Source: a virus | Taxonomy: Duplodnaviria > Caudoviricetes | IMG/VR virus record: IMGVR_UViG_3300033153_008467 | Location: 1-57,378 of that record | DNA length: 57,378 nucleotides | Strand: one strand, 5' to 3' | In this document: positions 47,974-57,059 of the stretch, piece by piece | How the letters are laid out: the number at the start of each line of letters is the position of its first letter | Position numbering within the stretch: the stretch's first letter is position 1 | Translations under genes and position numbers: made by a program | Notes under the pieces: model-generated | The model's database searches: none | What the model saw: the letters and a program-made list of their open reading frames with translations, nothing else | Told to the model about the DNA's origin: nothing

Positions 47974-48123
47974 CTTATCCGTACACGCCAGGCCGGACAC
48001 GCGAGAAAGTGCAGCCAGGGTCCGGCTGAAGGTGGCTGTCATCAAGCTGGCACGGTGCGCAGTGCCCGCCCTGGACGACGGCGACGGCAAGCAGCCAGCC
48101 AAATAGTCGTCCTTTTGCACTCC

Positions 48124-48310
48124 ACCAAGCCCCCGGCGGCGTTGACAGTGAAACGCACGCAACTCCCAGCCTACCGAGAGGACAACGTGTACGAGGCCTC
48201 GCAAGGGCTCACGACATGGCGGCGAGCGCACCGCTACGCGGTCGGCAGTGGGAAACCGCAGGCATTGCGTCCTGCCGGAAGCCGGTGCAATTCCGGTCCG
48301 GGGGCTTTTT
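48124..48310 (+). ncRNA. tRNA-like structured RNA, copy 2
   Basis: Same 5' end (ACCAAGCCCCCGGCGGCGTNGACAG) and 3' end (GGAAGCCGGTGCAATTCCG...CGGGGGCTTTT); different interior. Confidence 0.65.
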
Positions 48311-48318
48311 CACCAATC

Positions 48319-48546
48319 CAGCGGCGACCGTTAAGTATCCTAGGTAGCGTCCGTCAAACGGCCCACGAAATCCTGGTCAGGGGTCGGCCTATGACTTGTG
48401 TCCGAAGGGACGGAAAGTCAGGTGCGGAATGGGTGACGGTCGCCGTTGTTTCAATCCAGCGGCGGGTCGTCACACGGCCATGGGCGGGGACGTCATGTTT
48501 GGATTTGGCCGACGCGTCTCACGACGGTCGGCCCGCCGCGTTTTTC
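48319..48546 (+). ncRNA. two further stem-closed RNA units
   Basis: Both begin CAATCCAGCGGCG; 13-bp stem 48319-48331/48436-48448; 11-bp stem 48459-48469/48529-48539 followed by T-tract. Confidence 0.45.
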
Positions 48547-48569
48547 TCGCAGCCACAGGGAGCGGACGA

Positions 48570-48839
48570 ATGAAAGATCTTGTACAGATTATCAGCGACA
48601 ATCCAGGATGCGTTGCCATTATCGACAACGATAGCTGGTGCCTACGGAAAGACCCGCCCTTGCCGCCAGATTTCGACAAGTGGTCATGGGATGAGCAAAA
48701 CAAGTGGAACAATCAACAAGAGTTAGCCCATTCTGACGAGGAGCTGAAACCCTTGGGAGGGTTCGGCGGCGGTTGCTATGGCGGCGACATTCTACAGGCG
48801 CTGGCCAACATTGTCGGAATCCGTGTGGAGAGTGTGTGA
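48570..48839 (+). CDS. hypothetical protein
   Basis: SD GGGAG; MKDLVQII... Confidence 0.65.
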   Translation: MKDLVQIISDNPGCVAIIDNDSWCLRKDPPLPPDFDKWSWDEQNKWNNQQELAHSDEELKPLGGFGGGCYGGDILQALANIVGIRVESV

Positions 48840-48889
48840 CGTGGTGACACCCGACCGGGGCCACTGATAGCCGGGCACGTGATCCGGCG

Positions 48890-48940
48890 CCGCGTGGCGG
48901 GCGTACAACTTTTCCAGGTTCTCCGTCCGCTGCGCTTTTT
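48890..48940 (+). terminator. probable intrinsic terminator
   Basis: GCGTGGCGGGCG...CGTCCGCTGCGC followed by TTTTTT. Confidence 0.55.
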
Positions 48941-48969
48941 ATCTCACTGACACGTCGAGGGAGAGAAGC

Positions 48970-49410
48970 ATGTCCAAAGCTGTTGTCGTCTGCCCTGAGT
49001 GCGGGGCTGGACTCGTCAACCTCGTCAGCGGGGCCCTTTGCCCCAACGGCTGCCACGGGGTCTTGCAGCCCAAGTTGTCCGCCGAGGCTAACCGGGCCAA
49101 CGTCCGGGCCTACCAGATCGCCCAGTTGCCCAGGGCCGTACACATGGTCGGCTGGCGTGACAAAAAGGGCGGCTTCGCCGACTGCCGGATGTACGTCCTC
49201 GTCGGCGGCGATGCTGGCCGCCTCGTCTACCGTCGTGTGCCCCGTATGTCGCAGTCGCTCAACAAGTGCCCCGAGGACCATCTGCTCGCTAGCCTGGACG
49301 GCCGGGCGATCGAACTGATTCCGTTTGTCACCCACCCGTTCGGCATCGCGGCGCCCTGCGAGATGGTGCTGCAACTGATCCCGCTGTCCGAAGAGAAAAA
49401 GGGGGACTGA
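48970..49410 (+). CDS. hypothetical zinc-ribbon protein
   Basis: CPECG...CPNGCH; SD GAGGGAG. Confidence 0.65.
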   Translation: MSKAVVVCPECGAGLVNLVSGALCPNGCHGVLQPKLSAEANRANVRAYQIAQLPRAVHMVGWRDKKGGFADCRMYVLVGGDAGRLVYRRVPRMSQSLNKCPEDHLLASLDGRAIELIPFVTHPFGIAAPCEMVLQLIPLSEEKKGD

Positions 49411-49411
49411 C

Positions 49412-50122
49412 ATGCCGGTCCGATGGTGTCCGAAGTGCGGAGGTAGCCGGTATGGTCCTGGCTCTGGCCGCGTGCCCAATCCGAACCGCCGCTGGTGGCA
49501 GTTCTGGAAGACGATCATGTGCCCGGCGTGCGGGGGGACGGGATACATGAAGCCGCCAGGGCCGCCGCCCAAAGCCCCTTCACCGCCACCGCCCCGGGAT
49601 TATGATAGGGCGCCACGCTACCGATACGGACCGCCAAGAGAAAGGCCAACGCCGAAGCCGCGGCCGAAGCCGCAAGCGTGCGATAGCGGCACCCCAATCC
49701 CTGACGAATTGCAGGCCCCGCTTGACTTCATCCTGAAACGGATGCCGATGTGGCCCCACCCGGATATTCGCGTGGCAGTGGCCCCGGATGGCCGCATCAC
49801 GTTCCGTTCGCTTACCGATCTGGATGCGTACGTCGAGCTGCAAACGAGGAGGGCGAGCCTTCCACCGAATGTGGCAGCCAGCAAGGGCAGCGTACCCGAC
49901 ATGCCGGAGCCGCCACCGCCGCCACCCAGAAATCCACTGGCGGAGGTGGGTGCGACCGCAGATGAAGTAGCCAAGACATGCAAGAGATTGGCCGAAGCCG
50001 GCAAGGTAGGAAGCGAGGCGGGTGAGCGATTACGAGAAGCGATGGAACCCCCGCCGCCACCGGCCCCCCCTCCACGGCGCCGCACCTGCGACGGGAGCGG
50101 CAAGCCGCCGCCGAAACCGTAG
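49412..50122 (+). CDS. Pro-rich protein with DnaJ-type zinc finger
   Basis: CPKCGGS...CPACGGTG; several poly-Pro tracts. Confidence 0.6.
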   Translation: MPVRWCPKCGGSRYGPGSGRVPNPNRRWWQFWKTIMCPACGGTGYMKPPGPPPKAPSPPPPRDYDRAPRYRYGPPRERPTPKPRPKPQACDSGTPIPDELQAPLDFILKRMPMWPHPDIRVAVAPDGRITFRSLTDLDAYVELQTRRASLPPNVAASKGSVPDMPEPPPPPPRNPLAEVGATADEVAKTCKRLAEAGKVGSEAGERLREAMEPPPPPAPPPRRRTCDGSGKPPPKP

Positions 50123-50217
50123 CCCCTACCGACGGGGGGCGTTGCTGGTATTTCTGCGTTTTCCGTCGCAATGCCCCCCAGTGGCACTAGCCCACCACCT
50201 AATCCCGAGGATCGACC

Positions 50218-50421
50218 ATGACCGTAATCCGCACGACGCACCAATGCGACTGGCCCGGCTGTTGCAACTCGATTGACGAGACCTGCCCGGGCGAACTCTC
50301 CGAACGCGGCTGGGAATCGCGTTGCGATGGCAGATACATCGTCTGCGACGTACACCGATGGCATAGCGTGGAAGACCGACCATTTCTTCAACCTCGGCTT
50401 GAGCAAAGTGTATATCTGTGA
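50218..50421 (+). CDS. small Cys-rich hypothetical protein
   Basis: SD GAGG; CDWPGC...CDVH. Confidence 0.5.
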   Translation: MTVIRTTHQCDWPGCCNSIDETCPGELSERGWESRCDGRYIVCDVHRWHSVEDRPFLQPRLEQSVYL

Positions 50422-50513
50422 ATCTTGCGCCAACGCCATCACGGCTCAACAAGTAGCGCGGCTCACGAAGCAATCTGCTAGCCCATGATCCGCTTCCACG
50501 CCTTCGTCCAGCG

Positions 50514-50855
50514 GTGTCGACTATGAATATCATGGCTCGCTGTAGCTGTCTTATTGGATATCACGACTTTCCTGATCAACAGGATTTCTGCACGCATCTA
50601 GGGCATCCCACCTTCGGAGCACACAGCCGACATTATGTGTGTCGCCAGTGCGGGGCGATGAAGACCACGCCGCTTGGGCACGGCGAGCCTTATATCATGT
50701 CCGCCTCAAAGGCAATGCGGGTAATTTATCTGTGGGATATTATTCGGCATAAGCATCGGTGCGTAGCTGGTTGGCGTGGGATGGTTGTGGCTAATATTCC
50801 GTCAACCGTTAGGCTTGATGATGTGAAGATTAGCTGGGATGCTAGCCCCCCATGA
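50514..50855 (+). CDS. hypothetical protein in a low-GC insert
   Basis: CLIGYHD...CRQCG; flanked by ~32-bp direct repeats. Confidence 0.5.
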   Translation: MSTMNIMARCSCLIGYHDFPDQQDFCTHLGHPTFGAHSRHYVCRQCGAMKTTPLGHGEPYIMSASKAMRVIYLWDIIRHKHRCVAGWRGMVVANIPSTVRLDDVKISWDASPP

Positions 50856-52557
50856 TCCGCTTCCACGCCTTTGTCTTCGTCACGTCGTAGTTCGGGTCCG
50901 CCGACTCCAACGCCCTGACGCGACGCTCCGCCCTGGCGCGGGTTCGCATCCGCCAGACGGCGAGGCAAAGCGCGTCCGATCTATCCGGTGAGTGCCCCAG
51001 TATCTCCCGAAGGCACAGCCCCGACGTCTGCCCGGCCTTGCGGCCCTTGGGGGGTAAGAACATCTTGCCCTCGCCGTCCGTCATACGGGGGATCAGCGAC
51101 AGCTCGTCAATCAAGGCGTCGACCTCGGCCCGCAACGCGGCGTTCGGCGGCAAGGTGAACGCTCTATGCCACCGCCGCTTGCCGTCCCCTGTCTCGACAG
51201 ACAGCCACTTCCTGGCTACCTCCGGGCTCTTCGGATCGGACGGGTCCTCTAGCTCCAATCCGGGGTCAACCTGCTTCCGAAGCTCGCCGTAGAGGCAGGC
51301 CCGGAAGTTGACGTACTCGCTCTTGAGCCGCTTGGGCACCGCCTGGCCGAACTGGATCGCCTGGGCTCGCCTCCCCATCTTCCGCAGCGGGGCTACGATC
51401 GCCGACAAGCCGCTGCCGGCCTTGTCGACGGCGATGTTCTCCCAGGGAACGTCCCACGTGTCCTGCATCTCGCACGTGATCTCCAGCAACCGGCTGGTCC
51501 GCGGCAGCCCGTCGCTGTCCCTCGGAATGCCCGACCCGCTCAGCGTCCGCATACCGCATACTCCGAGCTGATCCACCACGGTCCAGCACGCCATGTCGCC
51601 GCCGCCCTCGAACGAGTCGACGCCCATGTATTTGGGCAGCGTAGCCCGATGCTCCCGGTCGATCATGTGCCAGGCGTCCCGGCCGTACTGAAGCCACCCC
51701 CTCGGGACAATCACCTGCTCCGCGAGGTTCTCGGGGAGCTGCCCGTGCAGGCAGGCGGACACCCAGTATTCCGGGTTCTCCTTGAGCCGGTGGCAGTAGC
51801 TCGGATAGGTCATCAGCCCCGCTATCACCGGCGGGGGGCACGGCCCGACCCGCCCGCCCTTGTCCCAGGCGATGCCGCGGGCCACGTTGGGCGACTGGCG
51901 GGCGTCGATCCGGATGATCAGGCGCCGGTACTTGCCGGGCCGGAACTCGTCCTCCTGGGACTTGCCGCGGATGATGTCCGCGTAGTAGCCCGATAGCTTC
52001 AGCGGGTTGCCGATGGACACGATCCGGTGGGCGATGCCCTCAATCGCCCGGCACTGCTCGCTCGCTACGCCGGATGACTCGTCGATCACCACGAGGATGG
52101 TCGGGTGGTCCTCGTCGCCCGGCAGGTGCGTGCCCATCAGGTTCTCGACCTGCCGCACGGCCAGGAACTTGATCCAGTCGTCCTCGTACGGGCGGCCGTC
52201 AGGCTTGAGCCGGCGGATCAGGAGGTGCTTCTGGTCTATCCCGAGCGGCTGCCTTGCCTCGCGGATCGCCCGTCCGAACTCGCCCCAGATGGCCTGTTTC
52301 ATCTGGCCGAGGCTCGTGGACGTGCAGATGACCTTGCATGGCCACCGTGTGCAGTAGAACCATAGGGCGGCGCGGGCGGAGATCCAGTCCTTCCCGGACT
52401 CCAGGCACGACGACACCGCCGTCATGTAGTTGTCGCGCGTCGAGAGCAGGATCTCCCGCTGCTTCATCCACATATCGCAGGAGTCGGGCCAGACGAAGGC
52501 GAAGAATGCCTCGGGATCGTCTACCCACCTCTGGAGTATGCTCGCGGGGCCGTCAAT
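50842..52557 (-). CDS. terL: terminase large subunit; probable ATT start at 52557, first ATG at 52473
   Basis: Walker A SCLESGKD, Walker B VVIDES, IGNP, nuclease MGVD, SPDRSDAL. Confidence 0.9.
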   Translation of the reverse strand: MDGPASILQRWVDDPEAFFAFVWPDSCDMWMKQREILLSTRDNYMTAVSSCLESGKDWISARAALWFYCTRWPCKVICTSTSLGQMKQAIWGEFGRAIREARQPLGIDQKHLLIRRLKPDGRPYEDDWIKFLAVRQVENLMGTHLPGDEDHPTILVVIDESSGVASEQCRAIEGIAHRIVSIGNPLKLSGYYADIIRGKSQEDEFRPGKYRRLIIRIDARQSPNVARGIAWDKGGRVGPCPPPVIAGLMTYPSYCHRLKENPEYWVSACLHGQLPENLAEQVIVPRGWLQYGRDAWHMIDREHRATLPKYMGVDSFEGGGDMACWTVVDQLGVCGMRTLSGSGIPRDSDGLPRTSRLLEITCEMQDTWDVPWENIAVDKAGSGLSAIVAPLRKMGRRAQAIQFGQAVPKRLKSEYVNFRACLYGELRKQVDPGLELEDPSDPKSPEVARKWLSVETGDGKRRWHRAFTLPPNAALRAEVDALIDELSLIPRMTDGEGKMFLPPKGRKAGQTSGLCLREILGHSPDRSDALCLAVWRMRTRARAERRVRALESADPNYDVTKTKAWKRIMGG

Positions 52558-53425
52558 CGCTCGCCTCCCTCGGGTCGACGCACCGCAGCGCGACCATCCC
52601 GCCCGGCAACGATCGCCGCGTTACGTGGAGCCCCCGATAGGACGCACGCAAGGCTGTTGTGGTCGCTTGCCTGGCGGTCATCGTCCGCTCCTGTCCGTCC
52701 AGTAGGCGATTCACCTCGGCCGTGCTAGTGCGCGGAGCCCGCTTCGCCCGGTCATACTGCCCAACGGGGCGCTTCTGGATTCCACGGAGCACATAAGCAG
52801 CGGTGGTAATGCAGCTCGTCCCGAGAATCTCCACCGCAACCTCAGTCAGCGACATGCCGGAGCGGTACGCTTTGCCTGCTCTATACCGTTGGTAGAATCG
52901 CTTCTGTCGTCGGTAGTTCACCCGCCATTGCTCGCGTTCTCGATGGTTCAGCCGGACCATAGGGTTATGCCTTGGTCCGCTCTTCCGGCTTGGCTCGCCA
53001 GCCCTCTTTAGGATTTGCCGAACTCGTTCTTGCGTAATGCCGAGCTGTTGGCCGACTTCTCGCATCGTGAGCGGCTGGCGGTACAGGGCGACTGCGGGAT
53101 GGTTGGTGAAGTCCTTCCGACTCGCTACGTATGCACACCGCCGGCAGCGTTTTGATTCAGGGGATTTCCGAGCACCGCACTCAGGGCAGGTTGGACGGTG
53201 ATCACTGGGGCGCAAACCCTTGTTACGTCTTTTCACGTCCTCCGCCCACTGGCGGCATTTGCGGCAGAGCCCGGTCGTCGAGTGCGTCTGGTGCACGCCG
53301 CACCGCTCACACACTTTTCGCGCGTCGCTGTAGCTCACCCCGGCATACTCAGCAGCCAATCTCGGCTGCACGCCCAGCGCCCGATACCCAAGATATAGCC
53401 GCTTCCCCCGCTTGAGCTGCATCAT
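52553..53425 (-). CDS. multi-HTH, zinc-finger DNA-binding protein
   Basis: CERC/CRKC, CPEC/CRRC, TMREVGQQLGITQERVRQIL (sigma-4-like HTH). Confidence 0.7.
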   Translation of the reverse strand: MMQLKRGKRLYLGYRALGVQPRLAAEYAGVSYSDARKVCERCGVHQTHSTTGLCRKCRQWAEDVKRRNKGLRPSDHRPTCPECGARKSPESKRCRRCAYVASRKDFTNHPAVALYRQPLTMREVGQQLGITQERVRQILKRAGEPSRKSGPRHNPMVRLNHREREQWRVNYRRQKRFYQRYRAGKAYRSGMSLTEVAVEILGTSCITTAAYVLRGIQKRPVGQYDRAKRAPRTSTAEVNRLLDGQERTMTARQATTTALRASYRGLHVTRRSLPGGMVALRCVDPREASD

Positions 53426-53631
53426 CCCCTCCCCATAAACGGCCCCGGCCCGATCGTCACGTCATACGACGACGGCTCGCAGTACGGGCAGTCGTCGTCC
53501 CCGTCGTCATCGTCGTCCCCGCCAAGCCCGATGGTCACGCGAATGCTATCGTCTATCGCGTACACTTCGATGACGTCCTCGGGCCTCACGTCCTCCATGA
53601 GTATCTTGCTCGCGGTCACTTCGATCCGCAT
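53422..53631 (-). CDS. small acidic protein
   Basis: SD GGAGG; DDDDDGDDDCPYC. Confidence 0.6.
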   Translation of the reverse strand: MRIEVTASKILMEDVRPEDVIEVYAIDDSIRVTIGLGGDDDDDGDDDCPYCEPSSYDVTIGPGPFMGRG

Positions 53632-53772
53632 GCGTGGTCCTCCCCGTCTTGTGATCCCCCAATCCCGTCAAGGCGGCCGGCGATACCCTCTAGCCGCTCG
53701 CACCACACCGTCGTGTCTCGCGGTATACCTTCGTAGCGAATCACATGAGCCAGCTCCCGCAACCTGTCGCCG

Positions 53773-54453
53773 TCAGTCGGATTCCCCATCACCGCCTCCC
53801 TCGTTGAGTTCCCCGTTGCCCCCGCCCTCCGGCCCCGGCAGCATCGGCACCCCGTCCGGCCCCCGGACCATCACCTGCCCGTCCTCCGAGATGATCGTCG
53901 GCATCGCGTTGCCGTGCTCCTGGACGTGCTGCACCAGCGCGAAGACGGCCGCGATCTGCGTGCCGCCGCCCACCGGCGCCTCCTGCGGCACGGGCTTGTA
54001 TAGCCCGAATAGCCGGCAGTGCATGTCGATCCCGCGGAACGCCTTGTCGAGGTACGCCGTATCGCCGCACCGTTCCGTCAGCTCCGTGCGAGTCTTCGTG
54101 ACCGGCCAGTCCTCCGGCTTCACGCCCGCCTCGGCCTCCAGTTCCTGGATCACCTTCCGCAACGGCTGCTTGGATCGCTTGTATTCCTCCAGGCACTCGT
54201 CTACTAGCTTGCGGACCTCGGCGTCCGCCTGGGCCCTTGCCGCTTCGACGGCCTCGGGGACCGCCTTCCGCCATTGGGCCTTGGCCTCGTTGAAGTAGCT
54301 GGTGATCGTCGCGGGGTGCAGGCCCAACTGCCTGGCGATCTGCCTGTGGTTCAGGCCGAGGTCGCGTTCCAGCCGGACGGCCTCCGCGATGTTGGCCTGC
54401 CGCCGCTCCATGGCCCGGCGTATCTTGCCGTTGGGGGGTCGGTGCTTGGCCAT
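53773..54453 (-). CDS. terS: terminase small subunit
   Basis: N-terminal HTH NHRQIARQLGLHPATI, helical core, CRLFGL; upstream of terL. Confidence 0.72.
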   Translation of the reverse strand: MAKHRPPNGKIRRAMERRQANIAEAVRLERDLGLNHRQIARQLGLHPATITSYFNEAKAQWRKAVPEAVEAARAQADAEVRKLVDECLEEYKRSKQPLRKVIQELEAEAGVKPEDWPVTKTRTELTERCGDTAYLDKAFRGIDMHCRLFGLYKPVPQEAPVGGGTQIAAVFALVQHVQEHGNAMPTIISEDGQVMVRGPDGVPMLPGPEGGGNGELNEGGGDGESD

Positions 54454-54480
54454 TCAGGGGTGCTCCTACTCTTGGGGGGG

Positions 54481-55281
54481 CTACACATCCATGCCGGCTA
54501 CTTCAGCTAAGTCCAAGCCGAGCACTTCCTTGTAGCTTTCCTTCCACCGCACTTTAGGTTCGTCTCTCAACGCTGTGTACACCCGCTGAATAGCTTCGTC
54601 GGTTTGTCCCGCTTCAATCCGCCGCAACTCTGTTTCGCTGGTATCTGGGATACACCGGCTCCGAAGCTGGTTCAGCTTGCCAATCCAAATCGTATCGCTA
54701 ATGTACGACTCTACTGTACGGAAGAGATTAACCGCCTTGTCCGCGTCAAGCAGCGGCTCACACGAAACCGAGGTGGCATAGCCCTGTTTATGGGCGTATC
54801 GCAGACTGGCAAACCGTTCCTCGAACGTCGGGGCACCCGGCTCCCAATACGCCAAGATTGATTCGTCCATTGCCCCGATCGTGAAACGGAACAGGATCAA
54901 TTCGCGGAACATCCGCGTCTCCCGACAGATTGCTTGGATACACTCTAGGTGCGGCTTGCTGACGATCAGCAGCTCATTGCCCGCCCGGAGGTGCTTGTGG
55001 ATCACCCCAAGACATGGTCCGAGGTGCTCTGGCGTGATGTCGTGAGTGGTCGGAAACATCACCCGGCCGTTGACCGGCTTGCGATGTTTGCGTACCTGCG
55101 CCACCCGAATGCGATTGTACGACTCGCCCCACTCTTCGTAGCTGCCAATCTGTCGCCGCCGCATGGCGTTGGCCCGAGCGTAACAGTAGCGACATTTGTG
55201 CGTGCAGCCGAGAACGATGTTGTCGGACTCGACCGACCATTCCCGCGTGCCACTAATTCTGGTAGACTTGTCGCTAGACAT
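54481..55281 (-). CDS. DUF5131/Gp37-Gp68-like three-Cys radical-SAM-like protein
   Basis: GCTHKCRYCYA, VSCEPLL. Confidence 0.75.
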   Translation of the reverse strand: MSSDKSTRISGTREWSVESDNIVLGCTHKCRYCYARANAMRRRQIGSYEEWGESYNRIRVAQVRKHRKPVNGRVMFPTTHDITPEHLGPCLGVIHKHLRAGNELLIVSKPHLECIQAICRETRMFRELILFRFTIGAMDESILAYWEPGAPTFEERFASLRYAHKQGYATSVSCEPLLDADKAVNLFRTVESYISDTIWIGKLNQLRSRCIPDTSETELRRIEAGQTDEAIQRVYTALRDEPKVRWKESYKEVLGLDLAEVAGMDV

Positions 55282-55291
55282 GCGGTACCTC

Positions 55292-55939
55292 CTAGTTAGG
55301 TTCCGGGTGTTCAGAACGGCCCGGGGTTGCCGCCTCGCGGCCGTTCGCTTTGGGTTCCAACCTTACCCCGATATATCGAGCACTCAGGTTTGCCAAGCTG
55401 TTCGGGTGGCCGAGGCTTGGCACATACGTCGCCTCCATCATCTCTATTATTTCAACCAGGTCGCAAACCCCTGTCAAGACGTAACTTACGGCCATTTCCG
55501 CAATATGCGACATGATTGTCCGTGGTACTTTCAGCCCCCCCAATCCTAGGGCTTGCTTCTCGTAAGCCGACAGATTCACGCCCATCATTCCGCCGTATCC
55601 CCGAGTCAAAAACACCGTCGTGGGCCGGGTGATATTCGGCAGCATGGCCTCCCAGTGCTTCCAGGGACCCCCGTAGGTATCGATATCCACCACATTCTGG
55701 GGCCAGCCCGGCTGGGCCAGTGCCCGCGCAGAATCCAGCTTGAGTCGGCCCGGCTTCACCTTGACATCAAGCCCCCAATAGGTGGCAACAAAAAATTCAC
55801 TCCGTAAGTGCTTCCAAATCACTCCGTCCCCCTGGCAGCAGTCGATCACGTCCGGCGGCTCAGGATGGTATTTTGACAGAAAGTATCGACGTAATTCCAG
55901 CTTCGCTTCCAGATTCAGATTGTCGGTTTTCTTAGCCAT
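55292..55939 (-). CDS. methyltransferase-fold protein, partner of the three-Cys protein
   Basis: VIDCCQGDG, GLD, VVDIDTYGGPW. Confidence 0.6.
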   Translation of the reverse strand: MAKKTDNLNLEAKLELRRYFLSKYHPEPPDVIDCCQGDGVIWKHLRSEFFVATYWGLDVKVKPGRLKLDSARALAQPGWPQNVVDIDTYGGPWKHWEAMLPNITRPTTVFLTRGYGGMMGVNLSAYEKQALGLGGLKVPRTIMSHIAEMAVSYVLTGVCDLVEIIEMMEATYVPSLGHPNSLANLSARYIGVRLEPKANGREAATPGRSEHPEPN

Positions 55940-56489
55940 CGTTTGCTGTCGTCTCCAGCACAACGCCCTCCATGCCCGCCAAGCCGTCGATCATCTCGGC
56001 AATCTCGCCGAAGCGGACCATGGGCAAGCCGATCAGCACCCATGTCATTCGTGGCGGTGCCTTCGTCGGCAACTGTTTCAATTCCACTTCGGCTGCCTTC
56101 AACACCTCCGCGTCCCCGAACCCCGTCGCTGCCAGCAGCTCCGCGTCGCCCTGCATGGACCGCAGCAGGGCCGCCAGGCCGGGCTCGTCCCACGAGGCGA
56201 GGATGGCACTCTGGTTGTCGGCGACGCCGTACGCCGCGGCTTCAGCGCCCTCCAGGTCGGACCACCGTACCTCGATGTGCGTCCAGCCTAGGTCGCACGC
56301 CGCCTGCCACGTGCCGCTCCCGGCATGAATGACCCCGTCCTGCGTCACGACAATCGGCTTCTGCTGATCCCACCGAGTCAGGCTCCGCTTGATGGCGTCA
56401 ATGTTCTCGGGGCTGTGCAGCCGCACGTTAGCCGGGTCCGGCCCTACCGTGTCGATGGGCACGCTTTCTACCACGCCTGGCTCTGGCAT
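55932..56489 (-). CDS. ParB/Srx-like N-terminal domain protein
   Basis: PDPANVRLH, IKRSL..W.QQKPIVV, AGSGT..A, ADN. Confidence 0.85.
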   Translation of the reverse strand: MPEPGVVESVPIDTVGPDPANVRLHSPENIDAIKRSLTRWDQQKPIVVTQDGVIHAGSGTWQAACDLGWTHIEVRWSDLEGAEAAAYGVADNQSAILASWDEPGLAALLRSMQGDAELLAATGFGDAEVLKAAEVELKQLPTKAPPRMTWVLIGLPMVRFGEIAEMIDGLAGMEGVVLETTANDG

Positions 56490-56493
56490 CGCT

Positions 56494-56718
56494 TCAATTC
56501 CCCGCTTGCTTCATCGCCTCGTGCCCCTCCGGCGCCCCGTAGAACCAGAGCAGGTCAACGTGGCACGATTCGCCGTCCCACGGATCGATCGATGTATAGT
56601 AGCCGCGGGGCCTGCAAACCACGATGAGCTTCTCCGCCGTGACGAATGGGCCCCACGAGGACAACCGCCGGTATCCGCCGTCCAGCGGGCCGCCTTGGAA
56701 ATGGATGACGACAGTCAT
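56494..56718 (-). CDS. hypothetical protein
   Basis: FQGGPLDG motif common in small phage proteins. Confidence 0.6.
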   Translation of the reverse strand: MTVVIHFQGGPLDGGYRRLSSWGPFVTAEKLIVVCRPRGYYTSIDPWDGESCHVDLLWFYGAPEGHEAMKQAGN

Positions 56719-57059
56719 GGCCGTTTCCCCTCGATCAGTTTCACGGCTGCAGCCACGTGCTCGCGGAACTCCCCCCGGCCTGCGCCAAACGACACGTCAC
56801 TGGCCACCGCCACCAGGGCCAGCATAACGTGCGACGTGGCTTCCAGCAACGATTTCCCGTAGAGGTATCCGCCGACCTCGCGGTCCGCCGCGAGATACTC
56901 GTCTATCTCTTCAGCCGTCGCCCGTATTTCCCGGGCCTCAGCCGCCCACGCCGTCTGCTGGGCCAGGTCTCGCCGATCGGCGAACTTCGACTCCGCCTTC
57001 CGCAGCCGACGGATGAGACTCTTCAGCGTCCGTCTGGCCGTCCGCTCGTCAGGCGTCAT
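56715..57059 (-). CDS. hypothetical helical protein
   Basis: [10 protein letters not shown]...; coupled to csrA. Confidence 0.6.
   Translation of the reverse strand: MTPDERTARRTLKSLIRRLRKAESKFADRRDLAQQTAWAAEAREIRATAEEIDEYLAADREVGGYLYGKSLLEATSHVMLALVAVASDVSFGAGRGEFREHVAAAVKLIEGKRP

Noticed and set aside
47812-48310. Canonical tRNA or tmRNA genes
   Set aside because: No anticodon arm, no TTC T-loop, no 3' CCA, no tmRNA termini or tag ORF
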